Assembly: GCA_963745835.1 (NCBI GenBank)
Contig: CAVUZH010000025.1
Location: forward strand, 128,001 to 192,000
Origin: an uncultured delta proteobacterium
GTDB taxonomy: Bacteria > Desulfobacterota > Binatia > UBA9968
Reading direction: 5' to 3'
Length of the DNA stretch: 64,000 nt
Numbering within the stretch: the first letter of the stretch is position 1; the number at the start of each line of letters is the position of its first letter. The translations under genes and the position numbers were made by a program. Positions 20,595-31,256 of this stretch are shown here, piece after piece. The notes below the pieces were generated by a model, which was not told the DNA's origin, searched no databases, and saw only the letters and a list, made by a program, of their open reading frames with translations.

Positions 20595-21572
20595 ATGGAT
20601 AGAGCTTTGCGCGGCAAACGAATCTTCCTCAGTGGCGGCGGCGGCTTCATCGGCTCCACCCTTGCTGGCCGTCTTCTCGATGACAATGAAATCGTCGTGT
20701 TCGACACCTTTAAGCGTGACTCGCTGTCGGGCAAGCCGTATGCTCGGCACGTTAACCTGCGGCGCGTGGAGGGCGATGTTCTCGACTTAGAGGCTATCAC
20801 GCGAGCGATGGCAGGCGCCGAAGTCGCCGTGCACATGGCTGCCATTGCTGGCGTGGACACCGTACTGCAGAGTCCGACAACGACCATGGCCGTGAACATG
20901 CTGGGCACGCTAAACTTCCTCAAGGCGGCCCACGCGCAGCGTTGCTGCGAGCGCGTAGTAACATTCTCGACCAGCGAGGTGTTCGGCACTTACGCCTACC
21001 GCGTGAGCGAGTCTGATACTGTCACTACAGGCGCGGTTGGCGAAGCGCGCTGGACCTATGCGGTGAGCAAGCTTGCCAGTGAGCACCTGACATATGCCTA
21101 CTACAAGGAGTTTGGCTTGCCGGCGGTGATTGTCCGGCCCTTCAATGTGTACGGGCCGGGACAGGTCGGTGAGGGCGCCATCCACACTTTTGTGAATCGC
21201 GCGCTCCGGGGAGAAGATCTGCAAATTCATGGCGACGGCGACCAAATCCGATCGTGGACATATATCGATGACATGATTGGCGGCATTCTTCTCGTGATGG
21301 AACGTCAGGAGGCGGTCGGCGAGTCCTTCAACATCGGCAATCCGCGCGGGACCGTCACCATCAACGGCCTCGCCGAACTCGTGCTGGCGGTGACCGGCTC
21401 GCGCTCGAAGATCATCCATGTGCCCAAGGTCTCTGCTGATGTCGAACTGCGCGTCCCCAGCATCGATAAGGCACGTGCGCTGCTCGGCTTCACCCCGCAG
21501 GTTGATCTTCGCGAGGGCATGGAGAGGACAGTGATGTGGTACCGCAGCCGGATGGAGCCTTCCCGCGCATGA
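20595..21572 (+). CDS. NAD-dependent epimerase/dehydratase (extended SDR)
   Basis: SGGGGFIG, HMAAIAGV, STSEVFG, YAVSK, RPFNVYGP, GDQIRSWTYIDD. Confidence 0.92.
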   Translation: MDRALRGKRIFLSGGGGFIGSTLAGRLLDDNEIVVFDTFKRDSLSGKPYARHVNLRRVEGDVLDLEAITRAMAGAEVAVHMAAIAGVDTVLQSPTTTMAVNMLGTLNFLKAAHAQRCCERVVTFSTSEVFGTYAYRVSESDTVTTGAVGEARWTYAVSKLASEHLTYAYYKEFGLPAVIVRPFNVYGPGQVGEGAIHTFVNRALRGEDLQIHGDGDQIRSWTYIDDMIGGILLVMERQEAVGESFNIGNPRGTVTINGLAELVLAVTGSRSKIIHVPKVSADVELRVPSIDKARALLGFTPQVDLREGMERTVMWYRSRMEPSRA

Positions 21573-21705
21573 TCGGTAGCTCCAGCGCAATCCCTAACCA
21601 GTCGTCCGGCACTCGTCCGGTATCTTCGGGTGAGCTGATGTCTTCTCCTTCATCAGCGCAGCAGCATCGCTTGCGGCGTGTGTCGGTTTATCCCGCTTTG
21701 GCTTT

Positions 21706-22401
21706 GTGATGCTTGTTTCGTCTGCGGCAAAGCAGCTAATCATTCTCGGAGCCAGAGGCAACAGTGTGGACATCCTGGATGCTGTGAATGAAATAAACGC
21801 GAAGTCGAAATTAGCGCGGTACGAGTGCATTGGATTTCTCGACGACGATCAGCATCGGTGGGGTCAGGAAATATGGGGCGTGCAGGTGCTCGGCCCGCTG
21901 GAAAGTGCCAGAAAGTATTCGGATGCCTACTTTGTGAATAGCATCGGCAGCGAGCGCAACTTTCGGCAGAAAGCTGCGATCATCGCTAAGACGGGGCTTC
22001 CACCTGAGAGGTTCGAAACCATCGTTCATCCTACGGCGAGTGTCTCCCGGATGGCGACGTTGGGCAATGGGGTGGTGGTGCTTCAACATGTGAGCATCAG
22101 CAATCAGGTCAGTATTGGCAATCATGTTATTATTCTGCCGAACTCCGTGATCAGCCACGATGTCGTCATTGGTGATTACTCCTGCATAACAGGTGGGGTA
22201 TGCATTTCCGGCATGGCGACAATAGAAAGGGACTGCTACCTGGGCACCAACAGCTCCATCATCGGCAATGTGAAGCTCGAAACCGGGTGTATCATTGGTA
22301 TGGGTGCAGTGATCAGACATGATGTTCCCGCGAACGCAGTGATGGTAGGCAATCCTGCCAAGTTACTCTGCGACGCGAAAGATTGCGGCAATGGAGACTA
22401 G
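21706..22401 (+). CDS. NeuD/PglD-family sugar acetyltransferase
   Basis: LIILGA, GFLDDD, IVHPTA, ISHD, hexapeptide repeats, VGNPAK. Confidence 0.9.
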   Translation: MMLVSSAAKQLIILGARGNSVDILDAVNEINAKSKLARYECIGFLDDDQHRWGQEIWGVQVLGPLESARKYSDAYFVNSIGSERNFRQKAAIIAKTGLPPERFETIVHPTASVSRMATLGNGVVVLQHVSISNQVSIGNHVIILPNSVISHDVVIGDYSCITGGVCISGMATIERDCYLGTNSSIIGNVKLETGCIIGMGAVIRHDVPANAVMVGNPAKLLCDAKDCGNGD

Positions 22402-22407
22402 TGATGA

Positions 22408-24128
22408 ATGCGAGAACGTTCTAATGGCGTCCTTCTGGGAAGAACGACGGCGATTGAACAAGCGGTTTTTGATTGGTGCCTCCGAAACGCGGAAGCCTGC
22501 TTGGCAGAGGCTGCTCTTGAAAAGTCATTTCGGTGGGCTCGGCTAGCAGCAGTCATCGCTAATAGATTCTCGTTCGGAGAGATGGCGTCTTCTGCGCTCG
22601 AAGAGCATCTTTTGAGAATAGCGAGAGAGTTGCCGATACCGAGGCAAAACGCCGCACGGGGCGGGCAGCGGCATGAGCGATGGATGCACGTCTCTACGGA
22701 AACATATCCGACCGGAGGACACACCGCGATCATCCGAAAATGGATCGAACTTGATGCGAGTGCACATCGACACAGCATAGCGCTGCTGGATCAGAAGAAG
22801 GAAGTTCCAACGGCTCTGAGCGATCTGGTTCACGGTACGGGAGGTGGACGTACTAAGGTTAGATACGAACGCACTCATTGCTAAGCCGTGCGATGCAACT
22901 CAGAAAAGCCTCGATGGAAGCTGACGTCGTCGTCTTGCACCTCTTTCCCGACGAAGTAATTCCGGTCGTTGCCTTGGGAGTATCCTGCGGGCCGCCGGTA
23001 CTGCTGATGAACATCGCGGATCACGAGTTCTGGAGCGGCGGTTCTGTAGCGGACGTGGTTGTGAACTTGCGACAATCAGGAAACGATTGGATAGTGCGTC
23101 ATCGCGGTATTCCAAGGATTAGCTATCTTCCCACGCCTCTTGCGATGCCTGATATGACTGCCGAGCAGTGTTCCGAGCTGCGAGCAAGCACGCGCAAAGC
23201 CTTGGAATTGCCACTGGACGCACCCGTGATCCTCACATCAGGCGAGGCGTACAAATACACGCCGCTACCGGATCTCAACTTCTTCGGCGCGGCGCGAGCG
23301 ATTTTGTCGTCCTGCCCGGACGCCTATTTGCTGGCAGTTGGTCCGAGCGAAGTTGACGAATGGAAGGCGCTTCGGCAAGGCACAGGGGGCCGCGTCCGGG
23401 CCGTTGGATTACAGAAGGACGTTTCGGCTTATCGCGCGTGCGCCGACATATATCTGGAGGGGTTTCCTTTTGGCTCCAACGGGGCGTTTCTTGAAGCGTG
23501 CATTGATGGAATTCCCTGCGTACGGGCCCCGCGAGTATGCCTGCCATTGGTCGGCTCGGATGGCGTGGCCCCGGGCGAATTAGATCAACCACCAGACATC
23601 GCAGCATACGTTAGAAGGGCTGTTGAATTGATAGCCGACAAAGATGAACGCCGGCGTTGTGGCAAGTCCCTCGCAAGAGCGGTAAGAGAGCGCCACAGTG
23701 GTTCAGGTTGGGTTAGGTATCTGAGAGATTTGGAGACCCAGCTGCCGACGCGCCATTCGGTTTTCCACCTTTCGGCCCCTGAGCCGGTGCCGGAGCAGGT
23801 CGCAGACTTTTGGACGAAGTTTCTAATTCACCGATTCGGTAACGAAGATCCGCTTAATAATGCATATCGTTCGGCGCTCAGTTTAGGCCTGAAACCTAAA
23901 ATGGATGATGCTTTGATGAAAGTTGTGCGGCCGTCCAGGCATGTACGGGGCCATAGCGCTGTACATGAAGCGGTAACAACTTTAGTCGGTCCTATGCTGT
24001 CGCTGCTACCATCCAAGACCTCAAGTATAGTCTACGATAAAGTGGTCGCCCGTCTATGTCATGATGGCCGGATCATGCGTATGTATCGTCGGGTCAGGAA
24101 CGACATTTCTCGCCGCGCTTGCGCCTAA
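22408..24128 (+). CDS. Putative glycosyltransferase, frameshifted near 22846-22878
   Basis: HVSTETYPTGGHT in ORF 22408-22884; NIADHEFW.G, DIYLEGFPFGS..AFLEA...GIP in ORF 22878-24128 (GT-B-like). Confidence 0.72.
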
Positions 24129-24393
24129 TGCCACAAAGCCGCTATTACCGCTACTTTATGCGCCGGTCTCTGGATAAACCTCAAAGCCCCGATGGCAAAT
24201 TGGCTTCTACGTTGCTTGAAGCCTCGCTAGAAAAGCTCCAGATTCATCGATTTCGCTGGCCGAACTGGTTCTGACCTATGTACTTTTTCCTTTCACCTAC
24301 TAGCCAAGCATTCACCGACCCTCTGCGATTCATTATGCAATTGGAAGCCGCGAAGAAATCCTTAAAGTCGGTGCTCCCCGAGGAGCCTGGAAC

Positions 24394-25146
24394 ATGGCCC
24401 GCGATGCGGTTTATTGTATTCGCAGGTATAAATACAATTTCGAGCGTCAACCTCCCGTGGGCTGGGTTCGCTTCGGTTCGTTTCGTCGAGTGCATCCTAT
24501 CGACGCCGAGTTTGGTTTCCGCTGGGGACAAGTTATCGATCGATACTACATTGAGAAATTCTTACAGCAGTACGCATCCGAGATTCACGGCACCGTACTT
24601 GAGGTTGCCGACGATGGTTATACGAAACGCTTTGGAGGCAAACGGGTCAGCCGATCCGACGTGCTTCATTATACAAATGATAATCCGAAAGCGACGATTG
24701 TCGCCGACCTGATCGATGCTCCGCAGATACCGTCTAATACTTTCGATTGCATTATTTTGACCCAGACCCTGCAATTTATATATGATCTGCGCGCGGCCGC
24801 TAAGACGCTTCACCGCATTCTCAAGCCCGGCGGTACTTTGCTGGTGACGTCTCACGGAACCAGCCAGATATCTCAGCACGATATGCAACATTGGGGGGAA
24901 TACTGGCGCTTGACCTCTCTGTCTGCCCGCAAGCTTTTTACAGAAGTCTTTCCCGAACCCTGTGTTACGGTTCAGGCTTATGGAAACGTGCTTGCCGCCA
25001 CTGCCTTCCTGCATGGCATTACCGCGCAAGAGCTTCGTCGCGAGGAGCTGGATTACCATGACCAACACTACGAGGTGCTTATCGGCATCCGTGTTACTAA
25101 GCCGTTTCTGGGCACACACAACGAAGCAGTCTCGAATTCCTGCTAG
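24394..25146 (+). CDS. Class I SAM-dependent methyltransferase
   Basis: IDRYYIE, VLEV, FDCIILTQTLQFIYD, LKPGG, EYWRLT. The true start may be ATG 24335, with an indel near 24385. Confidence 0.85.
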   Translation: MARDAVYCIRRYKYNFERQPPVGWVRFGSFRRVHPIDAEFGFRWGQVIDRYYIEKFLQQYASEIHGTVLEVADDGYTKRFGGKRVSRSDVLHYTNDNPKATIVADLIDAPQIPSNTFDCIILTQTLQFIYDLRAAAKTLHRILKPGGTLLVTSHGTSQISQHDMQHWGEYWRLTSLSARKLFTEVFPEPCVTVQAYGNVLAATAFLHGITAQELRREELDYHDQHYEVLIGIRVTKPFLGTHNEAVSNSC

Positions 25147-25215
25147 TCAGCAAGAACAAGGGATCCGCAAGCGGCAGTCGAATGCTACTGCACTAAAGAT
25201 ATGGGAGAGTGAAGC

Positions 25216-25992
25216 ATGAAAGCGGTTATCCTGGCAGGCGGACTCGGCTCTCGGTTGTCCGAAGAGACGACGCTCCGTCCGAAGCCGATGGTCGAGATAG
25301 GCGGCAAGCCGATCCTTTGGCACATTATGAAGACCTATGCTTGCCACGGCATCAATGAATTTATAGTGGCGTTAGGCTACAAGGCGGAAGTGGTCAAAGA
25401 CTATTTTCTGCGGTTCTATGCGATCAACAACGACCTTACGATCGACCTGGCTTCCGGAGCGACGACCATTCATAAAAACGGTCACCAGACAGATTGGAAA
25501 GTGCACCTTGCCGATACCGGTCTTCACACCCAAACAGGAGGGCGGCTGAAACGATTGCAGAAGTGGCTCGCCAATGACGAAACCTTCTTGTTTACTTATG
25601 GCGATGGAGTCACCGATCTTAACATCGTCGCTCTACTTGAGTTCCATCGGCGACATGGAAAGATCGCCACGGTCACGACGGTTCGTTCACCCGCTCGGTT
25701 CGGACGAATCGGGTTTACCGGAGACCAGGTCACGGACTTCTATGAAAAGCCGGAAACCGGCGAGGGCTGGATCAATGGCGGCTACTTTGTTCTCAACCGC
25801 AGGGCGCTCGACTACATCGAAGGCGATGAGTCGATCTGGGAACATGGGCCGGTTGATAGACTGGCAAAAGACGGTCAATTGATGGGCTATCGCCATCACG
25901 GCTTCTGGTCCTGCATGGATACCTTGAAAGAGAAAAACACTTTGGAAGAATTTTGGAATTCCGGCAAGGCGCCATGGGTTATATGGAAGTAA
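25216..25992 (+). CDS. rfbF: Glucose-1-phosphate cytidylyltransferase
   Basis: VILAGGLGSRLSEET..RPKPMVEIGGKPILWHIMK, TQTGGRLK, TYGDG, WINGGYFV, FWSCMDT, APW. Confidence 0.95.
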   Translation: MKAVILAGGLGSRLSEETTLRPKPMVEIGGKPILWHIMKTYACHGINEFIVALGYKAEVVKDYFLRFYAINNDLTIDLASGATTIHKNGHQTDWKVHLADTGLHTQTGGRLKRLQKWLANDETFLFTYGDGVTDLNIVALLEFHRRHGKIATVTTVRSPARFGRIGFTGDQVTDFYEKPETGEGWINGGYFVLNRRALDYIEGDESIWEHGPVDRLAKDGQLMGYRHHGFWSCMDTLKEKNTLEEFWNSGKAPWVIWK

Positions 25993-26227
25993 CCATGGTT
26001 CAGCTTTGTCGGGTCGAGCAACAATGAAAGTACCGGTCAGAGGAAGGGGAACCTTAAATGGTTCATTGCTGCTTCACTATTTGGAGCAGCCACGATGAGT
26101 TCTAGTCGACACGGTTTTAGCGTGAGGCGTTGCAGAGCTACCGGTTACAGGGTCAAGCGGCAATCGAAATCGTCGCGTCCTCCTCTTAAAGGTAAGCCTT
26201 CTAGATGCATTTGCTTGCCGATAACTA

Positions 26228-27225
26228 GTGAATCGTCTGAAGGTCATCGAAATGGCACAGACAACTGACAATCTGATCGCAGATAACGAGAAACACTCCG
26301 GCTGGCTTTATCATAGGTGCAAATTTATTTTAGGTCCGAGATTTGTCGAGCGATTCCCTGCATGGCATAGATTCGCCATTAGTAGCGGGATGTATCTCAC
26401 TGTCCATCCAGATCTAGCGCTGCATCATGTGAGACACAACGACATAATCTTCGTTCTGCTCGGGTTCATGTTGGACCCGGACGAGCCGACGGCTGATGAT
26501 ACTGCTATCCTGACGTGGGTTGATCCAGCAGTTTGACAATTGTGCCAACATTTTCTCGCAGACGGCGCGATTCGGCGGAAGATGGACCCTTATTATCGAT
26601 GACGGATCGCGCTTGATGGTTTTTAATGACGCCATAGGCTCACGACGAGTCTTTTTCACCGATCTGCGATTTACGAGAGAGCTTTGGTGCTGTTCGGAGC
26701 CTAGTCTGATCGCAGACATATTGGATTTAAAAGTAGATGAGGACGCTGCCAGCTATCTTGCCGCGGCCGTAAAGATAGATCCCGAGTATTGGTGGCCTGG
26801 TGAGAGCACATTATATAAAGGGATCCGCCATTTGCTCCCCAATCATTATCTAGATTTAAACACTGGAAAAACAGGCAGGTACTGGCCGAGTCGTAATCTG
26901 AGTATGCTCCCGCTTGATGTTGTCGTAAGGCGTTGTTCGTTTCTTCTACGGGGTCTTTTGGCTAGCGCAGCAAACCGGTTTAATCTAATGGTGACATTGA
27001 CGGCCGGTTGGGATAGCAGGTTGGTATTGGCCGCTTCGAAAGATATTCGGCACCAGTTATCTTACATGACGTTAAGGCAAGCGGGCGAGCCTGATGATGA
27101 TCCAGACATCACGGTGGCATCCAAAATTGCAAGTAAACTAGAGTTACGACATCAGGTTGTGAGTGCTCATCAGACGGTTGACGAAAATTTCCGGGAATTA
27201 TTTACAAAGCATAGCATGCCGGCGT
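26228..27225 (+). pseudogene. Asparagine-synthase-related (PP-loop) protein, frameshifted near 26515 and 3-prime truncated
   Basis: GGRW, DAIG.R.VF, LLPNHYLDL, RYWP, TLTAGWDSRLVLAAS; the reading frame runs abruptly into the methyltransferase sequence near 27225. Confidence 0.6.
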
Positions 27226-27226
27226 C

Positions 27227-28411
27227 TTCGTCGATCTGGGGATGTCGCCTCTGTCAAACGCTTATTTAAAGCCGTCCGATCTGGCTCGAATGGAGCCCTT
27301 CTACCCGCTTGTAGTCTTTGTTTGCGGGCAATGCTTCTTGGTCCAGCTCGAGGAGTTCGAGAGTCCGGACGGTATTTTCAGCGACTACTCGTATTTCTCT
27401 TCGTATTCAGAGTCGTGGGTCGAGCATGCCCGTATTTATACCGAGATGATCGTCGATAGGCTTAAGCTCGGTCGTAAGCATCGGGTGATCGAGCTCGCCA
27501 GTAATGACGGTTATCTCTTGCAGCATTTCGTCGGCCGAGAAATCCCGGTTCTTGGAATCGAGCCGGCAGCGAACGTCGCCGAAGCGGCCATCAAGAAGAA
27601 CATCCCGACACGAATAGAGTTCTTCGGCGAAACCATGGCTCGTCGTCTGGTGCAGGAAGGTATTGGTGCCGATTTGATCGTCGGCAACAATGTCCTCGCG
27701 CACGTTCCCGCACTCAATGATTTTGTCAAAGGACTGAAGATTCTGCTCAATCCTGGGGGAGTGATCACCCTGGAGTTCCCACATTTGATGCGGCTAATGG
27801 ATGAGAATCAATTTGACACGATTTACCACGAACACTTCTCGTACTTCTCATTCCATACGGTGGCGCAGATCATGGCGCGGCATGGGCTCAGCGTTTTTGA
27901 TGTTGACGAACTTTCGACCCATGGCGGTTCGTTAAGAATTTACCTGCGGCATCAAGAAGATTCGAGCAAACCGACGGAAAAACGTGTCGAAGACCTCGCT
28001 GCCCGCGAGACCGCTGCGGCGGTTTCCGATTTGGAAACTTACCTTTGCTTCGGCGAGAAAGTAAAACAGACCAAACGCAAATTTCTGGATTTCTTGATCA
28101 CGGCAAAAAACGAGGGACGCTCGGTGGTGGGTTACGGGGCTCCGGCTAAGGGCAATACGCTGCTGAATTTCTGCGGCGTCCGGACGGATTTCATTGATTA
28201 CACCGTTGATCGAAGCCCACATAAGCAGGGTCATTTTTTGCCTGGAACACGCATTCCAATCCATCATCCCGATCGGATCATGGAAACACGCCCCGATTAT
28301 GTACTCATTTTGCCTTGGAATCTCACCGACGAAATTACTGCCCAGATGAGCTACATTCGAACTTGGAACGGGCGCTTTGTGGTGCCTATTCCGGAAGTGA
28401 AAATTCTCTAG
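27227..28411 (+). CDS. NDP-hexose C-methyltransferase family, N-terminus missing
   Basis: FVDLG just upstream of ATG 27242, MSPLSNAY, CGQCFLVQL, YSYFSS, ELASNDGYLL, DTIYHEHFSY, THGGSLR, YGAPAKGNTLLN, LPWN. Confidence 0.88.
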   Translation, partial: FVDLGMSPLSNAYLKPSDLARMEPFYPLVVFVCGQCFLVQLEEFESPDGIFSDYSYFSSYSESWVEHARIYTEMIVDRLKLGRKHRVIELASNDGYLLQHFVGREIPVLGIEPAANVAEAAIKKNIPTRIEFFGETMARRLVQEGIGADLIVGNNVLAHVPALNDFVKGLKILLNPGGVITLEFPHLMRLMDENQFDTIYHEHFSYFSFHTVAQIMARHGLSVFDVDELSTHGGSLRIYLRHQEDSSKPTEKRVEDLAARETAAAVSDLETYLCFGEKVKQTKRKFLDFLITAKNEGRSVVGYGAPAKGNTLLNFCGVRTDFIDYTVDRSPHKQGHFLPGTRIPIHHPDRIMETRPDYVLILPWNLTDEITAQMSYIRTWNGRFVVPIPEVKIL

Positions 28412-28549
28412 GTTCGCTGCTGAACGGTCCCAGCGCATCGATGATTGCTCCTTTGCGCGGCTAGTCACTGATCTCAAGAGAACACAAGAACGCTCCAGAA
28501 AAACGGCATAGTGAGCTTTAACGATGATTTCTAACAACAGGAGACTGCA

Positions 28550-29647
28550 ATGAATATCCTTATTACCGGCAGCGATGGCTATATTGGTACCGTTCTAGCA
28601 GCTTATCTAACGGCACGCGGGCACAGTGTCACAGGTCTAGATACCGGCTTTTATCGCGAGGGCTGGCTGTACAATGATCATGCCTTACAACGCCCGCGCT
28701 GTGTGAATACGGATCTTCGCGCAATAACCGAAAGCGACGTCCTTGGTTTTGAAGCCGTGGTTCATCTGGCAGAGTTGTCCAACGATCCCCTAGGGCAGCA
28801 CAATCCTGAATTGACCTACGCGATCAATCATAAGGGCAGCGTGGCACTGGCGACTATGTGTATGAAAAATGGAGTGTCAAGGTTTGTCTATACGTCATCA
28901 TGCAGCGTGTATGGAACGGGCTCCGGTGAGTTCAAATCGGAAGAGTCCGAAACCAATCCGCAGACAGCTTATGCCAAGTGTAAGCTTCTAGTGGAAAACG
29001 ACCTGATGCGACTTGCCAATGACAACTTTTCACCGACCTTTTTGCGCAACTCCACTGCTTACGGACCCTCGCCGCGGATGCGCTTCGATCTGGTGCTAAA
29101 TAATCTCGGCGGCTTGGCATGGACGACCCAACAGATAAAAATGACCAGCGATGGCAGTCCCTGGCGTCCTCTCGTTCATGTCCGGGATATCGCGCAAGCC
29201 ATCGGCTGCGTTTTGGAAGCTCCGAGAAGCGTTATCCACAATCAAGTTTTCAACGTCGGCTCAAACAGCGAGAACTACCAGGTCAGACAGATCGCCGAAA
29301 TCGTCGCTGAAGCCTTTCTTGGCTGCGAGCTTTCGTTTGGAAAGAGCGATGGCGATAACCGTAGTTATCGTGTTTGCTTCGATAAAATCCATTCACTGCT
29401 GCCGGAGTTTAAATGCAGGTTTAACGCCCGGGACGGCGCCTTCGAGTTGTATGATCTGTTTCAAAGGATCGACATGACGCGCGACGTGTTTGACTTCCGC
29501 GCCTACACACGCCTAAAGCAACTCGAATATCTCTTACGCACCGGCCAAATCGACGACCAATTCTACTGGATCAAATCGAATGGTTCGCATGCTGTGTCAG
29601 AAACTTCGTACCAACTCGGTGTTAACCGGGCGCTGGCCACAGGTTGA
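28550..29647 (+). CDS. NAD-dependent epimerase/dehydratase (extended SDR)
   Basis: TGSDGYIG, HLAELSNDPLG, SSCSVYG, YAKCK, RMRFDLVLNN, DGSPWRPLVHV. Confidence 0.92.
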   Translation: MNILITGSDGYIGTVLAAYLTARGHSVTGLDTGFYREGWLYNDHALQRPRCVNTDLRAITESDVLGFEAVVHLAELSNDPLGQHNPELTYAINHKGSVALATMCMKNGVSRFVYTSSCSVYGTGSGEFKSEESETNPQTAYAKCKLLVENDLMRLANDNFSPTFLRNSTAYGPSPRMRFDLVLNNLGGLAWTTQQIKMTSDGSPWRPLVHVRDIAQAIGCVLEAPRSVIHNQVFNVGSNSENYQVRQIAEIVAEAFLGCELSFGKSDGDNRSYRVCFDKIHSLLPEFKCRFNARDGAFELYDLFQRIDMTRDVFDFRAYTRLKQLEYLLRTGQIDDQFYWIKSNGSHAVSETSYQLGVNRALATG

Positions 29648-29724
29648 CTCAAGAGAAATTTTTGTTCAAATGCTTGTAGCGCATCCTCCGCCAATGTCCG
29701 ACTCATTTAGGTTACAGCGATGGT

Positions 29725-31185
29725 ATGAATATGAACAGCAGTTTTTGGCAATCAAGAAGGGTTCTTATAACCGGCCACACCGGGTTCAAAGGCAGCTGGT
29801 TGTCTCTCTGGCTTCAATGCTTGGGCGCCAATGTAGTTGGTTACGCACTTGACCCGCCGACCGAGCCAAATCTTTTCCAAACGGCCAAAGTTGCCGAGAG
29901 GATGAGTTCGATCACCGCCGACGTGCTGGATAGAAGCGCTTTGAAGTCGGCTATTGAAAAACATCAGCCTGAGGTGGTATTCCACCTGGCCGCTCAGTCG
30001 CTAGTCCGTGAATCCTATAAGAATCCGGTCGAGACCTTTTCGACCAATGTGATGGGTCTGGTGCACTTATTGGAAGCTGTTCGTACAACCGATGGAGTGA
30101 GGGCGGTTGTCTGCGTCACATCGGATAAATGCTACCAAAATCGTGAATGGGTTTGGGGCTATCGAGAAGATGAGCCGATGGGCGGTTATGATCCGTACAG
30201 CAGCAGCAAGGGCTGCTCGGAATTGGTCGCTGCTGCCTATCGAAATTCCTTTTTTAACGAACGTGAATATTCGCAGCACGAAGTGGCGGTGGCGACAGCC
30301 CGGGCTGGAAACGTTATCGGTGGCGGTGACTGGGCAAAAGATCGGCTGCTTCCCGACTTAATACGATCGGTGAGCCGTGGTGAGGATATCGTCTTGAGGA
30401 ACCCTCATGCTATCAGGCCTTGGCAACACGTGCTCGATCCGCTTGCCGGATACTTGATGCTCGCGGAATCTCTTTTCAAAGATGGCCCACGTTTCAGCGA
30501 AGCCTGGAATTTTGCACCGGCAGAATCTCATACAGTGACCCAAGTGGTTGGACAACTGCTCTCGCTCTGGGGCAGCCAGGTTTCTGCCAAGCATGATCAG
30601 AGTCGTCAACCACACGAAGATCCGTACATGATTTTGGACAGTACCAAGGCACGGGTAAAGTTGGATTGGAAACCAGTATTAGACTTGCGCACGAGTCTAA
30701 GTTGGATTGTCACATGGGTGAAGCGCTTGCAGGCGGGCGCCGATATGCGCAGCGTAACAGAGTCGCAAATTAGGGCCTACATGGACATAGGTCAGAACAG
30801 CAGGACTGGAGATCAAGGCCAAGACGGTACGCCAGCTCATCGTAACGATGCTGAGCTTCTCGATCTGCTTCACGAAACGGTCATGGTTCGCGACATGAAA
30901 GGCAGAATCCAATATTGGAATCCGGGCGCCGACGAGATGTACGGTTGGAAGAGCGAAGAAGCCGTAGGCAGTATTTCCCATGAACTTCTGCGAACGAAAT
31001 TTCCCCGACCCTTGAGGGATATCGAAGCCGAACTCCTTAAGGAAGGACGTTGGCAAGGAGAGCTCGTGCACACCAAGAGAAACGGTAGCGCTGTGGTGGT
31101 AAAGAGTCGCTGGCTGTTGAAGCGGGACGGTAAAAATAATGCTGGTGAAATCTTCGAGATTAATCAGGTCTGCGCTAATCGATGA
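29725..31185 (+). CDS. rfbG: CDP-glucose 4,6-dehydratase with a C-terminal PAS domain
   Basis: TGHTGFKGSWL, HLAAQSLV, TSDKCY, DPYSSSK, ARAGNVIGGGDW, RPWQHVL; then an in-frame linker and PAS (YWNPGADEMYGW.SEEAVG...GRWQGELVH). Confidence 0.92.
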   Translation: MNMNSSFWQSRRVLITGHTGFKGSWLSLWLQCLGANVVGYALDPPTEPNLFQTAKVAERMSSITADVLDRSALKSAIEKHQPEVVFHLAAQSLVRESYKNPVETFSTNVMGLVHLLEAVRTTDGVRAVVCVTSDKCYQNREWVWGYREDEPMGGYDPYSSSKGCSELVAAAYRNSFFNEREYSQHEVAVATARAGNVIGGGDWAKDRLLPDLIRSVSRGEDIVLRNPHAIRPWQHVLDPLAGYLMLAESLFKDGPRFSEAWNFAPAESHTVTQVVGQLLSLWGSQVSAKHDQSRQPHEDPYMILDSTKARVKLDWKPVLDLRTSLSWIVTWVKRLQAGADMRSVTESQIRAYMDIGQNSRTGDQGQDGTPAHRNDAELLDLLHETVMVRDMKGRIQYWNPGADEMYGWKSEEAVGSISHELLRTKFPRPLRDIEAELLKEGRWQGELVHTKRNGSAVVVKSRWLLKRDGKNNAGEIFEINQVCANR

Positions 31186-31256
31186 GCAGGGTTCTAACTG
31201 ATTAATTCTCGAACGCTCAGGATCTTCGGTCCGTTTGTCCGCCATGTCATAGTTCC

